DNA of 62,483 nt from positions 1 to 62,483 of the IMG/VR virus record IMGVR_UViG_3300038832_000018; one strand, 5' to 3'. The number at the start of each line of letters is the position of its first letter. Position 1 is the first letter of the stretch. This DNA comes from a virus (lineage: Duplodnaviria > Caudoviricetes). Under the pieces are notes generated by a model. It was not told the DNA's origin. It saw only the letters and a list, made by a program, of their open reading frames with translations, and ran no database searches. Positions 1-8,726 of this stretch are shown piece by piece. A program made the translations under genes and the position numbers.

Positions 1-55
1 TCATACCCTTTTAGATCAACTAACATTTATGAGGCTTATCGTACTATAGTCACAT
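1..55. repeat. 55-bp terminal overlap (circular assembly), copy 1
   Basis: Identical to 62429-62483. Confidence 0.95.
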
Positions 56-1325
56 ACCCGCTGATGACATAGGAGCTCCCCGCCATAGAGCACTGCAGTT
101 GATAGTTGTATACATCGCTAGGGACATAGTATTCGTCACCACCCAACCAAATATCGTTGGGGTCTTCACTTTCCCAAACCACATCGCCATATCGAGAGTA
201 AACCCGCAACACCCATGTGAGCCAGCAAGACTCGTTGGTTTCAGCCCCCCAAACATCGTTCAGCCCGTCGTTGTCTGGGGTGAAAGCGTTTGGCAGATAA
301 ATAGGGCACTCAGGAATCGGCTCTAGGCACGGGAGCCCTGTGTCGCACTCTACACCGACCAGGTCATATTCATAGGTGGATACGGTGTCATATACATATT
401 CTGTGGATAGTACAGTGTCAAGTATATAGACATAGGTTGTGTCGTATATATACTGATCCACCCATGCTGTGTCATATACATAGTAGGGTACGTAGATTGT
501 ATCTGTAAGATACTCAGTTAGATAGAGCGTATCAGTGGAGTATATATAGGTGGTGTCATAGAAATACCAGTTGATCGCAACAGGTATCGTGTCATACTCA
601 TAAATGACTACGGTGTCTGGCGGCAGGTCTACATAGACCGTGTCGCAGACGGCCTCTGGGATCGGGTCGCCACATGGGCCCACAATCACCCAGTTGTCTA
701 AGAAATTGTCGTCATCATATATGCCGCAACAAGGAGGGGTGATACCCCCACCAAGGCTCCCCACTTCTGCCCACCCTCCGTTGTCAGCGTACATAGTGGG
801 GCCGTAACTGATCTGCCAGATTACTGCCTGTATACTCAGGTCCTGATCTAGCCAGAAGTCAAATGCATTCAGCAGATTGGAGTAAAGGCTGTTGCTGGAA
901 GCCTGATAGAAGTCCCCCAAGGGGAACGTAATTGTATCTCCAGCATAGTACGGGGGGTCTACGTCGTAGTCCGCCCACACGTCCAGGTTGGTCCAGTTGC
1001 TCGACTCCACCGAGGTCGTGGGAGAATATATCCATCCAGGGTGGTTGCTATCGTCTGGCGTGCTCAACCCCCAGGGAAAGTCCCACCCCTGGTTCATGGC
1101 GTTGCAATCTACATCTAGGGCCTGAAACCCAAACTGCACCTCTGCTATGCCCGTTGGGCCAGCCGTCCCCCCGCAGCTCTGAGTGTTGTTGAACGCCACC
1201 GTAATGGTGCCTTCGACTACGTCAAACTCTAAAATCTCTAGGTCACACTGAGCATGTAACGAAAGAGGGAAGTACAGTAGTAAGAGAAGCCCTCTTAAAA
1301 CTCGTCTGGGTGACCTATGTCGCAT
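36..1325 (-). CDS. Secreted protein with T9SS type B (gliding-motility-associated/CHU_C) C-terminal domain and DT-repeat stalk
   Basis: Signal peptide LLLLLYFPLSLHA-Q; C-terminus IYLPNAFTPDNDGLND...VYSRYG...W.G...VYNY...GYVTIVR. Confidence 0.85.
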   Translation of the reverse strand: MRHRSPRRVLRGLLLLLYFPLSLHAQCDLEILEFDVVEGTITVAFNNTQSCGGTAGPTGIAEVQFGFQALDVDCNAMNQGWDFPWGLSTPDDSNHPGWIYSPTTSVESSNWTNLDVWADYDVDPPYYAGDTITFPLGDFYQASSNSLYSNLLNAFDFWLDQDLSIQAVIWQISYGPTMYADNGGWAEVGSLGGGITPPCCGIYDDDNFLDNWVIVGPCGDPIPEAVCDTVYVDLPPDTVVIYEYDTIPVAINWYFYDTTYIYSTDTLYLTEYLTDTIYVPYYVYDTAWVDQYIYDTTYVYILDTVLSTEYVYDTVSTYEYDLVGVECDTGLPCLEPIPECPIYLPNAFTPDNDGLNDVWGAETNESCWLTWVLRVYSRYGDVVWESEDPNDIWLGGDEYYVPSDVYNYQLQCSMAGSSYVISGYVTIVR

Positions 1326-1600
1326 GCCCTGCCAAAATCTAGATCGATGTACATCGGGGTCTTCTCCCCCACATAGGCATCGAAAACATTGAATTCTAAA
1401 TACTCTCGAGCGTCCTCTGGAGTCATGTCCTCTTTTCTAAAGAGATGCTCAATCATTTTATTGATGTCGTAAACCGCTACGGGGTTGATGCCCGTGGTGA
1501 TGCCGATCAGGGCAGAGTCAAAGCCATCGGCCAGCAGGCACTCGTTTTCTTCCAGCGCCTCCATGAGATTGTCATAGGAAAGTGTATCGTCTACTTTCAT
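1295..1600 (-). CDS. Acidic hypothetical phage protein
   Basis: 101-aa ORF overlapping both neighbours in an operon. Confidence 0.7.
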   Translation of the reverse strand: MKVDDTLSYDNLMEALEENECLLADGFDSALIGITTGINPVAVYDINKMIEHLFRKEDMTPEDAREYLEFNVFDAYVGEKTPMYIDLDFGRACDIGHPDEF

Positions 1601-1890
1601 TTTTTACTGAATTTTTCTGCGAAGCCGCCCGTGTAGTCTTTTCCTTCAGCGACGTCGTTACCCAAAGTAAGGTCCTTCATCATCTGCTCCAACTTCTGCC
1701 TTTCAACAAGCAGCTCTTTGCAATCCACTGCTGTCTGCTTAATAGATTGCAGCTCAGCCTTTCTGGCACTACCGTTTACCTCAGAGTCAACGGGTTTCTT
1801 GATCTCCTCGATCATATTGTCGATCGCGATTTCCATGCTCCCCATCAGGCGACGAGCTGCATCGATCGTGGTAAACTTCTTAGAGGGCAT
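1597..1890 (-). CDS. Putative terminase small subunit
   Basis: 97-aa helical protein upstream of TerL on the circular map; assignment is positional only. Confidence 0.4.
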   Translation of the reverse strand: MPSKKFTTIDAARRLMGSMEIAIDNMIEEIKKPVDSEVNGSARKAELQSIKQTAVDCKELLVERQKLEQMMKDLTLGNDVAEGKDYTGGFAEKFSKK

Positions 1891-2455
1891 ACAACAAGTC
1901 TTGAGTTCGAGTCCTGAAGTACTCCCTGTCGTTTGCCTTGAACGTATAGTCCATGTTTTTTCTAAACCCGACAGTATCCCCCACTTTCAGCCCCAAGTCC
2001 TCCAGATCTTTACTGGGGGCAGCCACAACCCCAGTCGTCCTGACCTTGTCTTTCAACTTAACTACGTCAAACATGGCGTGCTCGACCTCCTCTTCAAAGG
2101 CAGGCTCTAGGATACTCCACCCATCTAGCGGCAAGATGTCGTCCTTGCCTTTGGGCTTGTACGCATACGCATGACTGTTTACGGCCACCTTGGGGTCGAA
2201 GCTGACGACATAATGGTCCTTGTAGTCAGCAAACGGCATACCCCCGTTGATCACGACATTATGATGAAAGTACAGGGTGTCTCCAGGTTTGACGGGGGTG
2301 TCAAACTTGAGTGGGGTGTGAACCACCTCACCTTCGTTCACCCTATGTTCAAACTCGTCGAACTTCGTCTCGAGGTAAATTTTTTGATCGCCCAACGCGA
2401 CCTCGTCGTGAAAAAGCTTCGGCAGCTTGACGACGAAATAGTAAAGTAGATTCAT
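1880..2455 (-). CDS. GroES-like co-chaperonin, two GroES-like units
   Basis: GEVVHTP...VKPGDTLYF and TGVV...LKVGDTVGF motifs. Confidence 0.65.
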   Translation of the reverse strand: MNLLYYFVVKLPKLFHDEVALGDQKIYLETKFDEFEHRVNEGEVVHTPLKFDTPVKPGDTLYFHHNVVINGGMPFADYKDHYVVSFDPKVAVNSHAYAYKPKGKDDILPLDGWSILEPAFEEEVEHAMFDVVKLKDKVRTTGVVAAPSKDLEDLGLKVGDTVGFRKNMDYTFKANDREYFRTRTQDLLYAL

Positions 2456-2456
2456 A

Positions 2457-2696
2457 TTAAAAGTTGCAGTCAAACTCTACGATGCACGGCATGTCATCGA
2501 CAGCCTTCCACAGAACCTGACTGTTGTCGACGTCTAGGTATACCAAGTAGCGAGTCTTGGAGTATCGATACAGGTGCTCTTCGTCGATGACTATCGCTGC
2601 CACCCTTCCGTCGTTGCCAGCTCGCATCCCGACGTAATACGCCATTGCGTCCTTCGGGTCTCTCCCGATGACGATCTTACGGATCAGGCCATTCAT
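2457..2696 (-). CDS. Hypothetical phage protein
   Basis: 79-aa ORF coupled to its neighbours. Confidence 0.7.
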   Translation of the reverse strand: MNGLIRKIVIGRDPKDAMAYYVGMRAGNDGRVAAIVIDEEHLYRYSKTRYLVYLDVDNSQVLWKAVDDMPCIVEFDCNF

Positions 2697-3040
2697 TAGT
2701 TTAAATTTTCGGGGGAGTCCAAGTCATCAAGCAGGTCCTTCCACCAGTTTTCGCTTTCGTATTCCTCGTCCTCATCTCGATACTCGTTCGACAACGGGAA
2801 CCCTCCTTCATAAGAAAACTTCAAGAACTCAAGCGCCTCTGCCAGGATCTCCTCGTTATCTACATCAAGAGAAAAAACCGCTTTCAATATCGGCTCCCCA
2901 AACGCGTCGTAATCTACCACTCCAGTAAGCATAATGTTTACCGCCTCACCCTTCATGCCAAACGAGTGCGTCAACGCATCCAACTCGACGTGCAGGATCT
3001 GTATCGCGTGCAAAAACTTGTCTGTATGTTCGCTATCCAT
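2696..3040 (-). CDS. Highly acidic hypothetical protein
   Basis: ATG at 3040, D/E-rich, 114 aa. Confidence 0.65.
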   Translation of the reverse strand: MDSEHTDKFLHAIQILHVELDALTHSFGMKGEAVNIMLTGVVDYDAFGEPILKAVFSLDVDNEEILAEALEFLKFSYEGGFPLSNEYRDEDEEYESENWWKDLLDDLDSPENLN

Positions 3041-3455
3041 GCCTAGGAGTAAAGTAAGCAAAAAGAAAATGTTCAGGGAATTTTCTTTGCTAGATCAAAA
3101 GTACGTAAATCACAACCACCTAAAACACCTAAGGCTGCGGTTGACGCAGGCTGAAGAGGCGAATGAGATCTACAGAAAAGAACTTATGTTCCTACTGTGG
3201 GCGTACGACCTGGAGTTCTTTACTCTGGATTACGCATCCAAAGATTACGGCATGCGCAAAAACCACCTGGGGGACAGGATCATATACCCTCTAGTAAGAG
3301 AGGGGTGGCTATACAAGCACTTCGATAAGATGACCCCAAGCAAGAAGCGAGAAGACCACCTCTTTCGAGAAGAGACCAAGTTCAACTACAGGGTGCGATA
3401 CGCCCTCACACAGAAGGCTCGGCTGATGCTGCAGCGATTCTATAACTCCCTTTAG
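3039..3455 (+). CDS. Hypothetical protein, possible winged-helix DNA-binding protein
   Basis: ATG at 3039; ends with a YALTQKAR wing-like motif; only clear + gene in the late region. Confidence 0.6.
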   Translation: MPRSKVSKKKMFREFSLLDQKYVNHNHLKHLRLRLTQAEEANEIYRKELMFLLWAYDLEFFTLDYASKDYGMRKNHLGDRIIYPLVREGWLYKHFDKMTPSKKREDHLFREETKFNYRVRYALTQKARLMLQRFYNSL

Positions 3456-3940
3456 ATACAGTCGCTGTATCGGATCGTAACGCGGTTTCCGTCACGAAGC
3501 TGATTGGCAACCAGTGGGTAGAGTCGAAAATACGCTCGTGTAGAGTGGCCGATAAAGCCACCCTTCTTCACTTGGTTGTTCTCTTGCGAGTCACCCACGA
3601 GGAGACAGCCCGACGTGTGTTCGTCAGTATTTCCGCAATGAATGAGAATATCCGAGAACTCAGGGACGTCACGTACCCACAGCATTCCCAGATGTATATC
3701 AGCGAATCGTTTCGCATATCGATTATGAAATCCACCAAACGTGCGTAGCGTGATTTCATATTCTCCTTCAGGGATTCTAGTCTCCCCTTTAATCTTTTGT
3801 TCTCTAAGCTCATCCTCTAGTGTGTAGCATAAAAACTCACGGGTTCCCCCCGTGATATCGAACAGCAGGCCGTTGGTGCTGTCGCTCTCGCTGCTGAAGC
3901 GCACTACCTCGAGCTGCAAGCTTGGTTCTTTTAAGGTCAT
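3452..3940 (-). CDS. DUF5675-type putative endolysin
   Basis: YTLED, RIPEGEY and ILIHCGN...GCLLVG motifs. Confidence 0.75.
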   Translation of the reverse strand: MTLKEPSLQLEVVRFSSESDSTNGLLFDITGGTREFLCYTLEDELREQKIKGETRIPEGEYEITLRTFGGFHNRYAKRFADIHLGMLWVRDVPEFSDILIHCGNTDEHTSGCLLVGDSQENNQVKKGGFIGHSTRAYFRLYPLVANQLRDGNRVTIRYSDCI

Positions 3941-3995
3941 TGTACCGTTTCAGTCTGGGGTTAAAGTAGCCCTTACTCCCCATATTAACAATCAC

Positions 3996-4322
3996 TCATG
4001 GTCGGGACACCTGCCCTTGCATTTCATAGAACCTCATGAGCCTGGGGTCGCCAAGGCTACCTGAGTACTCAAACACCCCCTTCTGTTTGTTGAACTTCGG
4101 AGCATACCGAGCCCCAGACCTCACGTATTCGTTCAACATGCCGCTGGCGTTCCTGTCTTCTAGGGCTTTTATAAAATCCGCGATTGGAACTTTAGAACCC
4201 TTAATGTAAAAGCCAACGTTCATCTTAGAGTTGGGGTCCGTTGGGTCAACGGGCTCTGGGCGCGCAAATAGATCGTCAGATAGTTTGACGTCACCCCCTC
4301 CTGGTCCATGAACTATCCTCAT
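3996..4322 (-). CDS. Hypothetical protein
   Basis: ATG at 4322 overlaps the upstream stop codon. Confidence 0.6.
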   Translation of the reverse strand: MRIVHGPGGGDVKLSDDLFARPEPVDPTDPNSKMNVGFYIKGSKVPIADFIKALEDRNASGMLNEYVRSGARYAPKFNKQKGVFEYSGSLGDPRLMRFYEMQGQVSRP

Positions 4323-4771
4323 GCTAGAGCAGCGAAAACCTCTACTTGACAAGAAGCGGTATCCGCTCTGGCCAAGATGTTATCGATGGCGGTCAGGTTG
4401 CCTGCAGCGGCGCTGTTGTCTCCTGCTGCATTAGCATCGAGACTGCTGTTGAAGAGAACGTAGCTCTGCCCAGCTTCTAGCTTCACCATATATTCTTCAG
4501 TGCTGTCGTTCTGCACTGTGATGGCCACGAAGTTGGAGCCGTCCAGATTGGTGATACGCAAGTACTTGACGTTTGTACTAAAAAGTTTACCACCAGCTGA
4601 GTTCCCCTCTGTGGCATCCATCTCTAAGATCGTCTGTGTCCCCGAGGTCTTCACATCCATAATGCGGTGGAAGGTCTCAGTGATACTGGAAATGTCTTTA
4701 GATATAACGCTGCCACGGTCCTTACCGTTCAGGTTAAGCTTCTCAGCGATAGAAACTGATAGTGTTGACAT
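4319..4771 (-). CDS. Putative virion protein, paralog of 48228-48635 and 48635-49030
   Basis: Beta-rich; YLRITNLD motif. Confidence 0.6.
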   Translation of the reverse strand: MSTLSVSIAEKLNLNGKDRGSVISKDISSITETFHRIMDVKTSGTQTILEMDATEGNSAGGKLFSTNVKYLRITNLDGSNFVAITVQNDSTEEYMVKLEAGQSYVLFNSSLDANAAGDNSAAAGNLTAIDNILARADTASCQVEVFAALA

Positions 4772-4775
4772 ACTA

Positions 4776-4785
4776 CAAATATAAT
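4776..4785 (-). promoter_or_regulatory. Bacteroidota-type -7 promoter element ATTATATTTG
   Basis: Matches TAnnTTTG, 4 nt upstream of the ATG. Confidence 0.6.
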
Positions 4786-4789
4786 ATGA

Positions 4790-4921
4790 TTACCCGCTGC
4801 AGGATTCGCAGTCCTCGGGGGAGTCTATGTTACAAGAAATCTCCCCGCTCTCGAGTTTCTCTTCGGTCTTCTTCACCCGCTCAGGGTTGAGGAAGCTGAT
4901 GTCGTCTTCTTCAAAGTTCAT
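4790..4921 (-). CDS. 43-aa peptide ending CNIDSPEDCESCSG
   Basis: Translated by hand; fills the gap between neighbours and overlaps the end of the upstream gene. Confidence 0.65.
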   Translation of the reverse strand: MNFEEDDISFLNPERVKKTEEKLESGEISCNIDSPEDCESCSG

Positions 4922-6662
4922 TTCTGTCTCTCATAGATAGTGCGATGGCTACGGCTTGGTCGTGTGGGCGTCCCTCTTTCTTCAGCACCTTGATTTTTTT
5001 TGCAACCTTACCCCCGACGTCATATCTGAACCTAGCTCCAGTTTCAGGGACGATCTCAATAAACGGCACTGACTCCTCTACCCCTCCAGTCCTTACGACT
5101 CTGAACGGTTGCTTAGCACTTATCTGAACCTCGCTCTCTCCACCGAAGTGAATGTGCGCCCCTTGACCTCTAGAGGGTCTAAACATATCTGCTCTAAGTA
5201 CGGGGAGACCTTTAGTATCTGTAATCTTGAACCCAGGTCTGTTCGGGTCTAAAACTGGATCCCCACCTAATTTCTTTTGGATCAGTTTCATCTCATCTAC
5301 ACCCCCCATATCCATCAGTGAGAGATACTCACTTACTTCTTTGTCGATCCCATATCCAAAGCCCATGTCATCCAAAATCTCAGCGGCATCTAGATCTCCA
5401 TATTTTTGAAGTAGCTCAATTTGGGTTTTGACGTTTTCCTTTTGAGTCTGACTAAGGGCATCAAAGGCGGGTGACTTAAAAATCACATCTTCAGGAATGT
5501 TAGTAGAACCCACATTTCCAAAAGCTGCCATAAGATGTCCGAGGTCTCTGTCTGAGAAGCTCACCATTCTATCCGTCCCCTGCATCGCACGTTCTGCTTT
5601 CTGAGATAGAGTAGGCAAGATATCTCCTGGCTGGATTTTGTGGGCGGGGATATTCAAAACATCAGAGCCTCGAATCACATTATACTTTGCGCCCGCCACG
5701 GGGACCCTCTGAAGCGAGATGTTTTCCGCCATGCGTTGCATCTCGTCAGAGGCGATGAGCCCAGTTCCTTGCGCAGTACCGTGGCTCTGGTGCCGAAGCG
5801 ATTGGGTGACGGCTCTTTCTGACGGGGTCCCCTCGATCATGGACATCCCCCTGGGATCGATAGTGGTGATCGGCGGTCCCCCCAAAAGCTCAGTGCTCAT
5901 CCCTGGCTGTATGCCTGCCTGAGTCAAATCGACTGGGTCGAGCCCCGTATACCCCAACTGCCTCTGTCTTGTGCTGACGACGTCAGCCAACGTGATATCC
6001 TCACTCGAGAGTCGGCTCACTGGCGTCCCAGCCAAATCGATCCCCGTCCTACTTGACTCCTCTACTGCCTCTTTCAGCGCCTGATCGAACTCCCGTGGGT
6101 TGGCGGATCTGGCCTGTACGATGTTTTGAGCCTGAACCTGCATATCACCAAGGACCTGTGCGACCTCTTGGTTTCTCTGCATGGGGTCTTTGATGGCTCG
6201 AGCTCGGCGCAATCTCTTCTGCGTCTCCAACATCCCGTCTCTTACGGATCGTGGGAGAACCATCAACAGCGGGCCGAGCGCCTGCTCAAGATCGTTGTCT
6301 GAGGCGAGGGAGGTGAGGAAGAACGCGACGTCATCGATTGGGTTGAGCGCCTGCATAGTCGCCCCCATCGGCGTCTCGACAGACCTCATCTGACCGCGAG
6401 TTGGGAAAAACGTGTCGTATCTACTCGCCGCTTTGATCGCATCAAGAGGGTTTGCGAACATGTTGGCTAAATCGGCAAACCGATCCAGGATGCCATATTC
6501 TGGGGTGGGGCGGATTTCACCTTGGTCGAGGCGAGCCCTCTGATCTGCGAGGAGCTGAGCAAAAGCCGCTCTCTCTGCCTCCCTTACGGGGTCCCCATGG
6601 TACCCACCATGGCGGTATTTCTTAACCTGTACGCCTGGTTTGCGCTTTTTCTTTTGCCGCAT
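4911..6662 (-). CDS. 583-aa late protein with putative R-S-E ADP-ribosyltransferase domain
   Basis: VIRG, SFS and ESEV motifs in the expected order; C-terminal QAVAIALS motif. Confidence 0.5.
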   Translation of the reverse strand: MRQKKKRKPGVQVKKYRHGGYHGDPVREAERAAFAQLLADQRARLDQGEIRPTPEYGILDRFADLANMFANPLDAIKAASRYDTFFPTRGQMRSVETPMGATMQALNPIDDVAFFLTSLASDNDLEQALGPLLMVLPRSVRDGMLETQKRLRRARAIKDPMQRNQEVAQVLGDMQVQAQNIVQARSANPREFDQALKEAVEESSRTGIDLAGTPVSRLSSEDITLADVVSTRQRQLGYTGLDPVDLTQAGIQPGMSTELLGGPPITTIDPRGMSMIEGTPSERAVTQSLRHQSHGTAQGTGLIASDEMQRMAENISLQRVPVAGAKYNVIRGSDVLNIPAHKIQPGDILPTLSQKAERAMQGTDRMVSFSDRDLGHLMAAFGNVGSTNIPEDVIFKSPAFDALSQTQKENVKTQIELLQKYGDLDAAEILDDMGFGYGIDKEVSEYLSLMDMGGVDEMKLIQKKLGGDPVLDPNRPGFKITDTKGLPVLRADMFRPSRGQGAHIHFGGESEVQISAKQPFRVVRTGGVEESVPFIEIVPETGARFRYDVGGKVAKKIKVLKKEGRPHDQAVAIALSMRDRNEL

Positions 6663-6689
6663 GACCGTAAAGATACAAATGTGATCTGT

Positions 6690-7520
6690 TACACGTGTTT
6701 AGTTAAAGTATCACTTTAAGTGTGAGTGACTTTTAAACACAAGCAGCCCCAATCACAACCCATCTTACCAACGATACTTGGAGGGTCCGAAATCCCCCTC
6801 CATACTCGAGTTGGGTTCCGATAGGATACTGCAAAGTTACAACAGAAAATTGACAATGTCAAGCCCTGTTAAGAAGCATAGGTGTTTTTATGCGGCCCAT
6901 TCTGGTCGGCGGGGCTTTGAGAGCCCGCCACCAGGGCCGCTATCAACAAAGAAGCCCCGCATAAGCTTTCGCGTCGGCGAAATGTTGACGCTTTTTAGGC
7001 AAAAGGGCGAGAAGATCGCAGTCAGGGGATTATGTATATATACGCACGGTGCCGCGCCCAAACCGAACTCAACGCGCACGACCCCCCACCCCTCGCTAAC
7101 TCGTTGATTCTCAGGAATTTCTGCCTTTTTACTGCGCGTGTGTGCGGTAGTCTGCCGTACCCTGTCCCTCGCCGATGGGGGTCAACCTACGACCCCCTAA
7201 GTCGCTGATTCCCAAGCCCATCCCGACAAGGGTGGCCTCGCACGCGCTGACAAAGACTCTATCAATCGCCTGTGCGTAGCGCCTTGCGGTAGTTTACCGT
7301 CACTCCATTGTTGATAAATCCTCCACGGTTATTTACCGCGTGTGCGACCCTCTCTTCGGGGCTAACTCCCTGATTCTCAGTACTTTCCGTTTGGAGTGGC
7401 GGCCACGGTATTCTACCGCGCGGGCACTGATTAAAGACTCTAATCAATCGGGGGTGCGATTGTTGAGAACTTTATCAACTTTTGTCTTTGAGAGTACGTC
7501 GGACCACCCCGATTTTCCGA
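6690..7520. promoter_or_regulatory. Non-coding divergent control region (candidate origin or packaging site)
   Basis: Strand switch; IHF-like boxes at 7097, 7198 and 7363; four CGGTA-N3-TACCG-type palindromes. Confidence 0.55.
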
Positions 7521-7524
7521 ACCA

Positions 7525-7590
7525 TTAGTAACTCTAAGTTTAATACACTCTCTTCATTTATGAAGAGTGTATTAAACATAGAGATACTTA
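7525..7590. repeat. Intergenic hairpin repeat E1 (subtype A)
   Basis: gtttaatacactct-cttcatttatga-agagtgtattaaac with ctcta/tagag outer stem. Confidence 0.9.
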
Positions 7591-7611
7591 CCCCCTAAAC
7601 CCCCAACCACC

Positions 7612-8034
7612 ATGGCAAACTCCGCCACCCCCTCCAAGACCTTCTACACCCCAACCCACAAGGCCGACGGCACGAAGCTGAGCCGAGCCGAGCGGAAGGC
7701 CGCCAACAAGGCCAAGTGGGCCGCCGAGCAGGCCGCGAAGCGCAAGGCTTCAAAGTCAAAGAAGAAGACCAAAGCAAAGGCAAAGGTCAAGACTGCCGAG
7801 GTCAAGCCGTCTGCCGACCGCATGAAGCTGACCGACATCAAGCAGTGGTCGGAAGCACACCCCACACGGAAAACTATGTCAGCTCTTGACTTGTCTGATT
7901 GGATGACTCAAGGTCGGACCAAGACCGCCAAGCGCCTCGACCGCAAGGGCCGCATAGACTCACAGATGTCGAAGCGGAACAACCGCCTCGAGGTTCAGGC
8001 TCAGTACAAGGGCGGACAGCTCGCCGCCTTCTGA
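7612..8034 (+). CDS. Lys/Ala-rich basic first early protein
   Basis: 140 aa, C/A-rich leader. Confidence 0.75.
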   Translation: MANSATPSKTFYTPTHKADGTKLSRAERKAANKAKWAAEQAAKRKASKSKKKTKAKAKVKTAEVKPSADRMKLTDIKQWSEAHPTRKTMSALDLSDWMTQGRTKTAKRLDRKGRIDSQMSKRNNRLEVQAQYKGGQLAAF

Positions 8035-8104
8035 GCGCACGGATCCACGGACAAGCGTACACGGTGGCCCACATGGGCGAGGGGTTCGACTCCCCTCTGC
8101 GCTC
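8033..8104 (+). ncRNA. tRNA-like element (acceptor stem plus T-arm, aberrant middle)
   Basis: GAGCGCA/TGCGCTC and GAGGGG-TTCGACT-CCCCTC. Confidence 0.55.
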
Positions 8105-8129
8105 CAACAAACCCCCAAACCCCACACAT

Positions 8130-8351
8130 ATGCCCCTTTCCACCCGCTTCAGCAAGCGCCAAGCCGCCTTCCTTGAGGTCGTCAACAACTACCACGGGAA
8201 CGCGCCCACGTTCAAGTTCGACCCTACCTTCGAGCGCATCACTCTGATTGAAGCACCGTCAGGCTTCCTCCGCGAGCTCATGGACGCAGACGCGTCTCTG
8301 TTTCTCAAGCGCGATGGCCTCATCGTCGAATTCCTCAACGAAAACAGCTGA
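8130..8351 (+). CDS. Hypothetical early protein
   Basis: ATG follows a C/A-rich leader, 73 aa. Confidence 0.7.
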   Translation: MPLSTRFSKRQAAFLEVVNNYHGNAPTFKFDPTFERITLIEAPSGFLRELMDADASLFLKRDGLIVEFLNENS

Positions 8352-8364
8352 ACCCGACTGACCC

Positions 8365-8424
8365 TTACTCACTCTAAGTATACACTCTCTTCATTTATGA
8401 AGAGTGTATACATAGAGAGAGTTA
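8365..8424. repeat. Hairpin repeat E2 (subtype A)
   Basis: gtatacactct-cttcatttatga-agagtgtatac. Confidence 0.9.
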
Positions 8425-8452
8425 CCCCAACAGAAACCCCAACCCCAACCCC

Positions 8453-8671
8453 ATGACCCAATCCCAACGCATCGCCGCCAACATCGGCGCCCTCCGCGAG
8501 ACCACCAACAAGGCTCTCGACCTGCTCACCAAGACCGCCACGGACGCTTCCCGTGCGGAACTCGAACGACTTGAGGCCAAGCACGCTTGGCTCACCGCTG
8601 ACGGACCTGATGCGCTCCCCACGAGCGTGTGGTTCGACCTCCCGCCGAACGAGTGGTGGGACGCCAACTAA
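8453..8671 (+). CDS. Hypothetical early protein
   Basis: 72 aa, directly after E2. Confidence 0.7.
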   Translation: MTQSQRIAANIGALRETTNKALDLLTKTATDASRAELERLEAKHAWLTADGPDALPTSVWFDLPPNEWWDAN

Positions 8672-8682
8672 TCAGGCACTCA

Positions 8683-8726
8683 AGCGCACATGGTGTACAG
8701 GGGAGGTTCGATTCCTCCCTGCGCTC
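8683..8726 (+). ncRNA. tRNA minihelix-like element
   Basis: AGCGCA-12 nt-GGGAGG-TTCGATT-CCTCCC-TGCGCT. Confidence 0.55.

Noticed and set aside
1-55. Biological direct terminal repeat
   Set aside because: 55 nt equals a common assembler k-mer and cuts through coding sequence; it indicates circular assembly only
8033-8104. Functional tRNA
   Set aside because: No canonical D-arm or 7-nt anticodon loop
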